The notes beneath the pieces are model-generated. The model made no database searches and was not told the DNA's origin. It saw only the letters and a program-made list of their open reading frames with translations. Shown here piece after piece: positions 8,728 through 17,268 of a stretch of 64,000 bases of DNA. Source of the DNA: Polyangiaceae bacterium (GTDB taxonomy: Bacteria > Myxococcota_A > Polyangia > Polyangiales > Polyangiaceae). Each line of letters begins with the position of its first letter. Positions within the stretch are counted from its first letter, which is position 1. The stretch covers positions 28,963 through 92,962 of the forward strand of contig JBGANF010000015.1 of the NCBI GenBank assembly GCA_044222475.1. Direction: 5' to 3'. Made by a program: the position numbers and the translations under genes.

Positions 8728-10404
8728 ATGCGCGGGCACTTCTCTTGGATCGTGGGTTTCGCCGTCCTCGGCGCGGGTACGTTGGCCCTTCACTGCGGCT
8801 CCGAGCCGGGTTCGGGCTTCCCCGACGCCGGGGCCGACGTCGTCGTCGGCGACGGCGGGGGTGACGGCGATCCGTTCGGTGAAGCGAGCTCGTCGTTCAG
8901 CGACTTCCCGGCGAAGCCGATCATCGACCCGTCGCTCCCCGCCGACATCGACCAGCAGTTCGGCGCGCCCGACGCCGGATCCGGTACGCCGCCGTGCGTG
9001 ACCGAGCCCGCCGACGACGCGATGGTCCCGCGCAACTGGACGCCGATCTTCGTCGAGTGGTCCGCTGCCTCCTCGCAGACCGTCACCGAGATTCGGATGA
9101 CGATCGACAACCAGACGAACCCGCTCGTCGCGTACGTCCCGGGGCGCGTCTTCACCATGGACAAGACGATGTGGGGCGGCGCCGCGATCCACTCGGCCGG
9201 TCACGACGTCGTCATCGCGGTCCGCACCGCCGAGATCGCATCGGGCAAGATCGTCGGCAGCCCGTCATCGCCGACGAAGTCGACGATCCACATCGCCACG
9301 GTCGAAGCGCCTGGCTCCGTCGTGTACTGGAGCGCAAGCGGCGGCACGTCGTTCCAGGGGTTCACCATCGGCGACACGAAGTCCAAGACGGTGCTCACCC
9401 CGGCGACGGCCGCGACGACGTCGACCGGTGGCACGACGAACTGCATCTCGTGCCACACGTCGTCGGTCGACGGGAAGCTCGTCTTCTACACGCGCGACGC
9501 CGACAACGGCACGCGCTCGGTCGACGTGCGGAAGGTCGCGAGCCCGGTCGCCGCCGACCCTGGTGACGTGTCGTCGTCGGCGCTGGCGCTGCTCGGTCGC
9601 AATCGCCAATTCGCGCCCGTGCTCTCGTCCGCTCACTACAGCGCGAACGACGCGGTGGTGATCACCGTGTACCAGACGGGTGGGGTCTACCAGCTCGCCT
9701 GGACCGATCTCCACACGCCCAACGCGAACGGCTGGGGTCTGCTCGCGCGCACCGGCGATCCGCGCAACGTGTCGACTCCCTCGTGGCGTCACGACGGCAC
9801 CGCGATCGCGTACACGTCGTCCGCTGCCGGCGGCGAGGGCGTCATCGCCGACGTGACCGGCGGCGATCCCACGATGGACATCTACACGGTCCCCTACGCG
9901 AACCGCGCTGGGGGCAACGCGACCCCGCTGCCTGGCGCGAGCGACTCCACCTACCGCGAGTTCTATCCCGTCTACTCTCCGGGCGACGTCTTCCTCGCGT
10001 TCAATCGGACGAAGGCGGCCGTCAGCTCGTACAACCAACCCAGCGCGGAGCTCGCGCTGGTGGCCGGGGGCGGCGGCAGCGCGGTTCGCCTGCGGGCCAA
10101 CGATCCGCCGGCGTGCAGCGGCAAGACGAGCCCGGGGCTCACGAACTCCTGGCCTCGTTGGGCACCGAAGGCCGGGGCCGACGGCGACAAGCGCACGTAC
10201 TGGGTCGTCTTCTCGTCGATCCGCCGCGTCGCGACCGCGGATCGACCGCAGCTCTACGTGGCCGCGATCGTGACCAAGATGACGAACGGCGTCGAGAGCC
10301 TGGTAGCCGACTACCCGGCGGTCTACGTGACCTCGCAGGACCCGTCGGCGAACAACCATATCCCAAGTTGGGATCTCTTCGACGTGTCGAGCATCCCGAA
10401 CTGA
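8728..10404 (+). CDS. TolB-like (PD40 beta-propeller) lipoprotein with a CxxCH motif
   Basis: Signal ending LALHC; repeats TPSWRHDGTAIAY, YPVYSPGDVFLAF and WPRWAP; CISCH. Confidence 0.8.
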   Translation: MRGHFSWIVGFAVLGAGTLALHCGSEPGSGFPDAGADVVVGDGGGDGDPFGEASSSFSDFPAKPIIDPSLPADIDQQFGAPDAGSGTPPCVTEPADDAMVPRNWTPIFVEWSAASSQTVTEIRMTIDNQTNPLVAYVPGRVFTMDKTMWGGAAIHSAGHDVVIAVRTAEIASGKIVGSPSSPTKSTIHIATVEAPGSVVYWSASGGTSFQGFTIGDTKSKTVLTPATAATTSTGGTTNCISCHTSSVDGKLVFYTRDADNGTRSVDVRKVASPVAADPGDVSSSALALLGRNRQFAPVLSSAHYSANDAVVITVYQTGGVYQLAWTDLHTPNANGWGLLARTGDPRNVSTPSWRHDGTAIAYTSSAAGGEGVIADVTGGDPTMDIYTVPYANRAGGNATPLPGASDSTYREFYPVYSPGDVFLAFNRTKAAVSSYNQPSAELALVAGGGGSAVRLRANDPPACSGKTSPGLTNSWPRWAPKAGADGDKRTYWVVFSSIRRVATADRPQLYVAAIVTKMTNGVESLVADYPAVYVTSQDPSANNHIPSWDLFDVSSIPN

Positions 10405-11856
10405 TCAGCTGGCGAAGCGCGCGAGGAGACCGCGCGGCGGAACGCTGCGCACGATCGTGGTCGCACCGCCGAAGCTCGCCACGATCGCGTTCGCCGCGGT
10501 GAAGCCGCTCGCGACGGCGCGCTCCATGAGCGCACTCGGGAACGGCATCTTCACGAAGTCGCCGGCCAAGACGAGGCGCTTCGTCGGGGTCTCGACGGCA
10601 GGGCGGGTCGCGTATGAGCCGGGCGCGAAGGCCGGGCAATCCCGCCGCACGAGGAGCCGCTCCTCGAGGATCTTCGCCGACCGCGCTTCGGGGTACACGG
10701 TGAACAGCCCGTCGAGGAGATCTCGCCGGGTCGACTCCGTGGTCGCATCTTCGTCGACGGCGTACGCGTGCAGCTCGACGATCGACCCTCCGGTGCGCGC
10801 CGCCCATTCGGCGCTCTCGCCCTCGAGCTTCTCGTAGATGGATACGTTGTCGAGGATCCCGATCCCGCTCGTGCCGGCGAACGGCGCGCGATCGTTCGCC
10901 AGCGGGCGATCGAGCCAGAGGCGGAGCACGGCGAACGGGAGGGTCACGTCGAGCGACGCGACGTCGGCGCGCCACCGAGCGTCGCCGAGCGAGGGCGACG
11001 CAGCGGCGATGGCCTTCAACGCCGGCACGGTGACCGCGAGGACGGCGGCGTCGGCGGCGAGCTCGGCACCGCCTCCGAGGTCGACGTGGAATCGTTCCCC
11101 GCTTCGCTCGACGCGACGGACGGTCGTGCCGAGCAAGAACGTGACGCCGCGTGCTTCGAGGTAGGCGCGCAGCGGATCGAACAGCGCCTTCGCGAACGGC
11201 TCGCGCATGACGTCGAAGACGAGGCCCTCCGGGTTGCCGAGGAAGTAGAAGTGGAACATCGCGAGGAGCTCGGCCGCCGAGTAGTCCTCCTCGGGGTTGA
11301 AGAACGAGTGCGCGAAGACGTCGAAGAGCATGCGTCTCGCGCGCGGCGTGAAGCCGAGCGAGTCGAGGTAGGCCTTCGCGCTGACCGCGTCCCATCGGGC
11401 GTACGTCGCGTCGGGGTCGAACGTCATCATCTCGCGCGCGGCCCGGGTGTCGAGGTGCACGAGATCGCGCAAACGCACCGAGGGCGATCGCCAGATGAGG
11501 GACATGAGGTTCAGCGGAACGCGCGTCGGGAGGCCGGCGAACGACTCGTGCCACCCGTCGGGGCCGAGGAGCGGGTAGTCGTCGAGCGGCCGAAGGCACG
11601 AGAGCGACGGATCGACGCGGCGAACGAGCGACCGCACGTTGTAGTACTGGCGGAAGAACGCGTGGAAGCCGCGCTCCATCGCGAACTTCGTGCCGTCCTG
11701 GAGCTGGTCGTTCCACGAGCCGGCCCGTCCGCCGAGGAATTGCTCTCGTTCGACCACCGTGACGCGCACTCCGTGCTCGGCGAGGATGGTCGCCGCGGCG
11801 AGGCCCGCGAGTCCCCCGCCGATGACGACCGCGTTGCGAGATTCGATCGAATTCAT
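10405..11856 (-). CDS. crtU: FAD-dependent carotenoid desaturase, actinobacterial CrtU (isorenieratene synthase)-like
   Basis: GGGLAGLAAA Rossmann motif, RGFHAFFRQYYN, FAHSFF, FHFYFLG, VELHAYA and ALMERAVASG. Confidence 0.7.
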   Translation of the reverse strand: MNSIESRNAVVIGGGLAGLAAATILAEHGVRVTVVEREQFLGGRAGSWNDQLQDGTKFAMERGFHAFFRQYYNVRSLVRRVDPSLSCLRPLDDYPLLGPDGWHESFAGLPTRVPLNLMSLIWRSPSVRLRDLVHLDTRAAREMMTFDPDATYARWDAVSAKAYLDSLGFTPRARRMLFDVFAHSFFNPEEDYSAAELLAMFHFYFLGNPEGLVFDVMREPFAKALFDPLRAYLEARGVTFLLGTTVRRVERSGERFHVDLGGGAELAADAAVLAVTVPALKAIAAASPSLGDARWRADVASLDVTLPFAVLRLWLDRPLANDRAPFAGTSGIGILDNVSIYEKLEGESAEWAARTGGSIVELHAYAVDEDATTESTRRDLLDGLFTVYPEARSAKILEERLLVRRDCPAFAPGSYATRPAVETPTKRLVLAGDFVKMPFPSALMERAVASGFTAANAIVASFGGATTIVRSVPPRGLLARFAS

Positions 11857-11914
11857 CGATTCCTTGGATGTACCAGCCGCGGTCGCGGTGTGGAAAACGC
11901 TCGCCTTCGTGGCG

Positions 11915-11930
11915 TGGCACGGCGGGTGCA
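11915..11930 (+). promoter_or_regulatory. sigma54 (-24/-12) promoter
   Basis: TGGCACGGCGGGTGCA with exact GG-N10-GC spacing, just upstream of ATG 11943. Confidence 0.6.
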
Positions 11931-11942
11931 AACGTGGTGGCG

Positions 11943-12818
11943 ATGCGCTCGATTGTCCTGATGGAGTCCACCGGTCGCGTTGGCCGTTCGGTCGGGCTGG
12001 CGCTGAGGCGCGCCGGCCATCCCCTGCGCGTTCTCGGTGAGGGGACGCGGCCGAGCGGGCCTTGGCGTTTCCTCGGCGGAACGTTCGTCTCGACCAGCTG
12101 GCCGATCGAGGTTCAGGCGTCGCTGCTGGGCGGAGTCGACGCCGCGTTCGTGGGGGCGCCAAACGCATGGGTCGAGGGGTCGATCGCGGCGGCCGAGGAG
12201 CATGCGGACCGGGTCCTCCGCGTGCTCGGCGCGTGTCGCGCGCTCCAACGGGTCGTGGTGCTCAGCTCGATCGGTGCCCACCGTGATGACGTCGGCATCA
12301 TCGAAATGGCGGCAGCCCTGGAGTCGACCGTCTCGTGGTTGCTTGCGCCGACGGTCTTCGTTCGTCCTGCCTGGTACCTCGAGAACTGGTACGAGCCGTT
12401 CGCGGTCGCCGCACGGACTGGGATGCTCCCGTCGGTCCTGGGACCGATCGACCGGCCCACGCCGATGGTCTCTTTTCACGACGCTGCGGAGGTGGTGGAG
12501 CGTCTGCTCGTCGGTCTCGGCGGCGACTCCAGAGACGTCATCGAGATCGAAGGTCCGACGAGGGTGACCGCCCAAGAGACCGCCGCCCTCCTCGGCGTCG
12601 CGCTCGGGCGGTCGGTTCGTGCCGTCGAAATGAGCGACGAGCGCGTCGACCGGGTCGTCCTGGAGCGCTTGGACGGGCCGGAGCTGGTCCATGGCTGGTC
12701 GAAGATGCTTCGTGCGTTTCGCCGCGGCGAGGTCGACTTCGAGGAGCCGGGCGCCGTCGTTCGCGGGAGGACGACGATCGCCGACGTCGTTCGAGGCTGG
12801 ACGGAGCGTGCCGCATGA
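11943..12818 (+). CDS. NmrA-like NAD(P)-binding protein
   Basis: ESTGRVGRSV (degenerate GxxGxxG), VVVLSSIGA, VRPAWYLENW and PMVSFHDAA. Confidence 0.8.
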   Translation: MRSIVLMESTGRVGRSVGLALRRAGHPLRVLGEGTRPSGPWRFLGGTFVSTSWPIEVQASLLGGVDAAFVGAPNAWVEGSIAAAEEHADRVLRVLGACRALQRVVVLSSIGAHRDDVGIIEMAAALESTVSWLLAPTVFVRPAWYLENWYEPFAVAARTGMLPSVLGPIDRPTPMVSFHDAAEVVERLLVGLGGDSRDVIEIEGPTRVTAQETAALLGVALGRSVRAVEMSDERVDRVVLERLDGPELVHGWSKMLRAFRRGEVDFEEPGAVVRGRTTIADVVRGWTERAA

Positions 12819-13204
12819 ACGAGCAGCCCCACGTTCTGGTCGCCGAAGACGACGCCGACATGCGAACTCTGCTCGCGACCGAGCTCGAGCGCGCGGGCTA
12901 CCGGGTGACGGCAGTGGTCCACGGCGGGGAGGCGGCCGAGCTCCTCGAGCTGTGGGGCCTGGCCGATGGCGATCTCCACGCCGTCGTCCTCGACATCCGC
13001 ATGCCGGAGGCGACGGGGACCGAGCTTCTTCGGTGGCTCCGCCAGGACTCGAGGCGAATTCCCGTCGTCTTGATCTCGGGCTGCATCGACGGCGTCGAGG
13101 TGTTCGGCGCAACGAACGACGCCGTCGTTCTCGCGAAGCCCTTCTCGCGCGCAGCCCTCGCGAGCGCGATCGAAGAGTCACGCCGGCTGGTGTCTCGCGG
13201 ATGA
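12815..13204 (+). CDS. Single-domain response regulator (CheY-like)
   Basis: VLVAEDD, VVLDIRMP, VLISG and AKPF. Confidence 0.9.
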   Translation: MNEQPHVLVAEDDADMRTLLATELERAGYRVTAVVHGGEAAELLELWGLADGDLHAVVLDIRMPEATGTELLRWLRQDSRRIPVVLISGCIDGVEVFGATNDAVVLAKPFSRAALASAIEESRRLVSRG

Positions 13205-13273
13205 GTCCCAGGATGCGGTGTCGCATCTGGCGACGCTGTCGCGTTGTGCGACGGTTTCGCCCTCGAGTGCCCG

Positions 13274-13903
13274 CTACGGTCCCGCCATCAACCCGGGGTC
13301 GATCGGCGCGTTCTTCTTGAGCTCGCCGAAGACGATCTCGGTCTTGTCCTTCGCGCCTTCGACGAGGACGACCTTCTTGGGTCGCACCAGGTCGGGATCG
13401 AGGGTGAGCAAGACCTGCTTGAAGCGAGCGCCCTCTGCCGTCTTCGGCGTCGCTTCGATGGTGACCATGCCGCCGTCGGCCGGGAGCTCGCGGAGATCGT
13501 AGCGAGCCTTCAGCGAGGCGAGGTCGCCGCCGAGGAATGCCTTCATGTCAGCGAGCTGGGGCGCCATCCGATCCGTCACCGGGAGCGAGCCCTGACCGTT
13601 CCGGCCTTTGTACGCGAGCCCGGCCGGCAGCATCCAGTAGACGACCGAGTCCGGCGCGGCGAGCTCCCAGCGAAGCTTGGATGGACGCTCGAGCCACATC
13701 GTCCCCGACGACTTGAGCTGGGTCGCCATCAGACCGATGGTCTTCGTCTGGGTGAACGGGCCCTGGAGCGTCGTCAGCCCGGCGCGAGCTTGCGCGATGG
13801 CGGCGAGGCGCGCGTCGATCGTGGGAGCATCGGCGGCCGCCCGGCGCGCGAGGGCGAGGGCTCCGAGGGCGATCGTTCCGAGGAAGGCGCGTCGTCGCAT
13901 CAT
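13274..13903 (-). CDS. LolA-like lipoprotein carrier protein
   Basis: RRRAFL Tat-like signal, FTQTK, SSGTMWLERPSKLRWE. Confidence 0.8.
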   Translation of the reverse strand: MMRRRAFLGTIALGALALARRAAADAPTIDARLAAIAQARAGLTTLQGPFTQTKTIGLMATQLKSSGTMWLERPSKLRWELAAPDSVVYWMLPAGLAYKGRNGQGSLPVTDRMAPQLADMKAFLGGDLASLKARYDLRELPADGGMVTIEATPKTAEGARFKQVLLTLDPDLVRPKKVVLVEGAKDKTEIVFGELKKNAPIDPGLMAGP

Positions 13904-13949
13904 GCTCCGTACTCCGTGAGACGGCGTTCGACCAGGAACGTTGCAGCGA

Positions 13950-15404
13950 TCACTTCTTGTCTCCGCCGATTTTCGGGCCGCCGGCGCGTTTTCGGCCCTC
14001 GTCGTAGCGGCCGTCCTTCAGGATCGGGTCTTCCGGGATCGTCTCGGCGGGGGCGTCTTTCGCCGGGTCGTGCCCTGGCGCGAAGATCGCCGGCAGATCG
14101 AAGCGTACGAAGTGCCCTGAGAGGTGTGGCCCCTTGCTCACCCAGAGCGCGCGGGCGGTCGTGTCGGCGACGACGCCGTGGGTGGCGATGAGCGCGTCGA
14201 TCGCGCGCCGGTCCCCGAGCGGGCACGCTTCGCCGCCGGCGCATTGGTGGTCCCGCAGCATCCCGACCATCGCGGGCGCGTCGACGGTTCCCTCGTGGAC
14301 CTGAGCGAGCATCTCGTCGAGGCGCGTTCGGCGCGGCAAGGTCGTCGTCCCGTTCTTCACCGTCACGTTGCGCGGGTCGTCGGCGAGCGGCCCTTCGAAG
14401 TGGTTCGTGACGGCGACGCGCGAGGGATCGGTGAAGGTCCGACGCACGGTCGCCTCGGCGCCGGGGGCGCGCTCGACGACCGCGAACCGTCCCTTCGCGT
14501 CGGCGACGAACACGATGTGCGAGACCATCACGTCCTGCTTCGCGAGGATCGCGACCGCTTCGTCCGTGTCGTGCGCGCTCTGGAGGACCTCGCGCAGGCT
14601 GAACACGACGGGGATCCCGCTCGTCCGCGGATCACGCGCGCGGCCACCGTTCACCAGCACCATGACGCCCTCGAGGTTCATCCCGGTGAGCACGCCGGTG
14701 AGCCCGGGCCACCCGACGCTCGCGTACGGGATGCGGTTCTCTTCGCGGACGAAGAAGACGGCCTTGTCGAGGTCGAACACGTCGCCCGCTTCGAAGTCGA
14801 ACGCGCGCCCCACGAGGACGTGGCCGTCTTTCGTCCACGGCGCGCCGAGCGCGAACGCGGAGCAGCCGATGAGCGGCGAGTGCTCGAACGAAAGGGCGAT
14901 GTCGTAGACGGTGTGAAGGAAGACGATCCGCTGGTAGGTCGGTAGCTTGCCGTCGTACGGGTCGGGCTGGAACGTCTTTGCCTGGGCCGCCATCTCGCGC
15001 TTTCGTGCCTCGGGCACGTTCTGGTCGACGTGCCGATACTGGACGCGGCTGATGTCCATGATGAGCGTTCGGATCACGCCGAGGGGCACGAAATGCTCGA
15101 ACGTGCCCCACAGGTCTTTCTCGTTGTTCACCATGCGATCGCGAAGCAGGGTGACGTGGCGCTCGCCGAGCTGCTCGGGTGTCCCCTCGAGGTACACCTC
15201 GCGGACGCCGTCGCGGATGCGCGTGTACGCCGGGCCCACGCGGGTGACGTCGCCGTCGACCGTGGTGGGCTCCGCGGCCGTGTCGACCGCCGGCGCCGTC
15301 ATCCCGGTGGTCGCCACGACGACGAAATGACCGACGAGGGGGCCGACGACGGCGACGCCCAGCGCGATCAGCTTCTTCTTGTGGCGCAGGACGAACGCCT
15401 TCAT
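13950..15404 (-). CDS. C45-family Ntn hydrolase / acyltransferase
   Basis: N-terminal TM, nucleophile motif G|CSAFA, LVGRAFDF, TGMNLEG and TNHF. Confidence 0.85.
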   Translation of the reverse strand: MKAFVLRHKKKLIALGVAVVGPLVGHFVVVATTGMTAPAVDTAAEPTTVDGDVTRVGPAYTRIRDGVREVYLEGTPEQLGERHVTLLRDRMVNNEKDLWGTFEHFVPLGVIRTLIMDISRVQYRHVDQNVPEARKREMAAQAKTFQPDPYDGKLPTYQRIVFLHTVYDIALSFEHSPLIGCSAFALGAPWTKDGHVLVGRAFDFEAGDVFDLDKAVFFVREENRIPYASVGWPGLTGVLTGMNLEGVMVLVNGGRARDPRTSGIPVVFSLREVLQSAHDTDEAVAILAKQDVMVSHIVFVADAKGRFAVVERAPGAEATVRRTFTDPSRVAVTNHFEGPLADDPRNVTVKNGTTTLPRRTRLDEMLAQVHEGTVDAPAMVGMLRDHQCAGGEACPLGDRRAIDALIATHGVVADTTARALWVSKGPHLSGHFVRFDLPAIFAPGHDPAKDAPAETIPEDPILKDGRYDEGRKRAGGPKIGGDKK

Positions 15405-16117
15405 CGCGCGAACGTCCCGCGTCGCACCACGTGGATGTCCGCGAGCGTACGGACGACGGTGGCCACGATGCGCGCGGGATCGCGCACGCTGTGGAAGTGC
15501 GTCAGCCGCTCTTCCTCCGGCGGGTAGTAGACCTCGACCGGGATCTCGACGATGGGCATGCCGGCGGCGTTCGCGCGGAGGAGCATCTCGGCCTCGTAGG
15601 CGTAGCCCATCCCGCGGCCGTCCAGCTCGAGCGCCTCCGGGAGGGGGTAGCGCCGAAGCCCGCACTGCGTGTCGCGGAATGGTCTTCGCGCGAAGCCGGA
15701 GATGAAGAAGTTCGAGATGCGGTTCGACATCCGGTTCGCCTTCGGTGCTCCGGCGGCGTCCATGTCGCGCACGCCGAGCACCAGCGCATCGCGAGGAGCG
15801 CCGCACTCGAGCAGCTTCTTCGCGGCGGGTGCGGGGTGCTGGCCGTCGGCGTCGACGGTGAGGGCGACGTCGAAGCCGTCGCGCCAAGCGCGGTCCATGC
15901 CGGCCCGCAAGGCGGCGCCCTTGCCGCGGTTGCGCGGCTGAACCAGCACACGCACCCCGCGCGCGCGGGCCACCGCTGCGGTGCCGTCCGTCGATCCGTC
16001 GTCGATGACGTAGATCGCGTCCCCGCCGACGGTCGTGATCTCGCGCCTCAGTGCCTCGAGTACGTCGGGGAGAAGCTTTTCCGCTTGGTACGCGGGGACG
16101 AGGATGCATGCGCGCAT
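15401..16117 (-). CDS. GT2 glycosyltransferase (DPM1-like)
   Basis: ILVPAYQ, IDDGSTDGT, NRGKGAAL, VDADGQH and DTQCGLR. Confidence 0.92.
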   Translation of the reverse strand: MRACILVPAYQAEKLLPDVLEALRREITTVGGDAIYVIDDGSTDGTAAVARARGVRVLVQPRNRGKGAALRAGMDRAWRDGFDVALTVDADGQHPAPAAKKLLECGAPRDALVLGVRDMDAAGAPKANRMSNRISNFFISGFARRPFRDTQCGLRRYPLPEALELDGRGMGYAYEAEMLLRANAAGMPIVEIPVEVYYPPEEERLTHFHSVRDPARIVATVVRTLADIHVVRRGTFAR

Positions 16118-16159
16118 TGACGGCAGCGGAGGCTTAGCACAATCCTTCTCGCGCCCTCG

Positions 16160-16642
16160 ATGCCAGTCCACCTCACCGTCAGCACGCGCTTGCCGCGTGG
16201 GATCAGCGCCCGCGAAATGGTGCGCCGTGCACACGAAATGCTTCGCGCGCTCAAGCGATCATCTTCGGAGCTCTCAATTGCATTTGTCGATGACGAACAA
16301 ATCCACGAGCTCAATCATGTCTATCGTCATAAAGACAAAGCAACCGACGTCCTCGCATTCGCGCAAGGGGAAGGCGAGTTCTCCGCCCTCAACCCGCTGC
16401 TCCTTGGTGACGTCATCGTCTCCATTCCCACGGCCGTGCGCCAGGCGAAGGTCGCTCGACGGCCTCCGCTCGACGAGCTGACGATGCTGCTCGCCCACGG
16501 CCTCCTCCACCTCTGCGGGTGGGATCACGACACGGCGGCGAAGGACCGGGCGATGCGGAAAGAGACGGCTCGGCTGTGCGCTGCAGCGGCAAAAAAGCGC
16601 CCCTCTCAACCGGCCGACCGAGGGCGCGGGCAAACGCGATAA
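16160..16642 (+). CDS. ybeY: rRNA maturation endoribonuclease YbeY
   Basis: LNHVYRHKDKATDVLAF, LGDVIVS and HGLLHLCGWDH. Confidence 0.95.
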   Translation: MPVHLTVSTRLPRGISAREMVRRAHEMLRALKRSSSELSIAFVDDEQIHELNHVYRHKDKATDVLAFAQGEGEFSALNPLLLGDVIVSIPTAVRQAKVARRPPLDELTMLLAHGLLHLCGWDHDTAAKDRAMRKETARLCAAAAKKRPSQPADRGRGQTR

Positions 16643-16935
16643 ATCGCACGCGAGAATGGACCAAGAGCGCACGAAACCATGTGCCTTTTTGGAAGGCGGC
16701 ACCCTCTCGGACCCGGCTTTCCCAGGGGGTTTCGGGCAGGACATTTGCGAACCCCCTATTTTTTCCCTTGCGAAGCGCGACGAGCGAGTGATACCCATCA
16801 TTTCAAGCACAGCCCACACACTTTCGCGTGCGGGCGAGCTCTTTCGCCAGGCTCCTAGCGTTCTGGAATGCTCGGAAGCTTGACGTAAGAGTGAGGTGCC
16901 AAAAGAACGATTCGTTCAAGTAGGAGGAAGCGAAC

Positions 16936-17244
16936 ATGGCTGGAAAGCGTCTGACCAAGGCTCAAGTGATTTCGGAGATTGCGGACTCGGCGGAGCTCGA
17001 CAAGAAGAGCGTCAACCGTGTCTTTGAAGGGCTCACGGAGCTCATCAAGAAGCAGCTCAAGTCGGCGAACGGCGAGTTCGTGATTCCGGGCCTCATCAAG
17101 CTCAAGTCGGTCAAGAAGCCGGCGACGAAGGATCGCCCCGGCATCAACCCGTTCACCAAGCAGCCGATCACGATCAAGGGCAAGCCGGCCTCGAAGAAGA
17201 TCCGCGCGACCGCCCTCAAGGCGCTCAAGGATCTCATCCAGTGA
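16936..17244 (+). CDS. hup: HU-family DNA-binding protein
   Basis: TKAQVISEIA and GINPFTKQPITI; AGGAGG RBS upstream. Confidence 0.9.
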   Translation: MAGKRLTKAQVISEIADSAELDKKSVNRVFEGLTELIKKQLKSANGEFVIPGLIKLKSVKKPATKDRPGINPFTKQPITIKGKPASKKIRATALKALKDLIQ

Positions 17245-17268
17245 GCCGCTGAGCCCGATCGATCTCGA

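Noticed and set aside
13205..13273. Short dyads GATGCGGTGTCGCATC and GTCGCGTTGTGCGAC between convergent genes
   Set aside because: Short, with no U-tract; cannot distinguish a terminator or binding site from chance at this GC content
16643..16935. ncRNA or small ORF in the long AT-richer region upstream of hup
   Set aside because: No recognisable RNA family or convincing ORF; most simply the promoter and 5'UTR of HU
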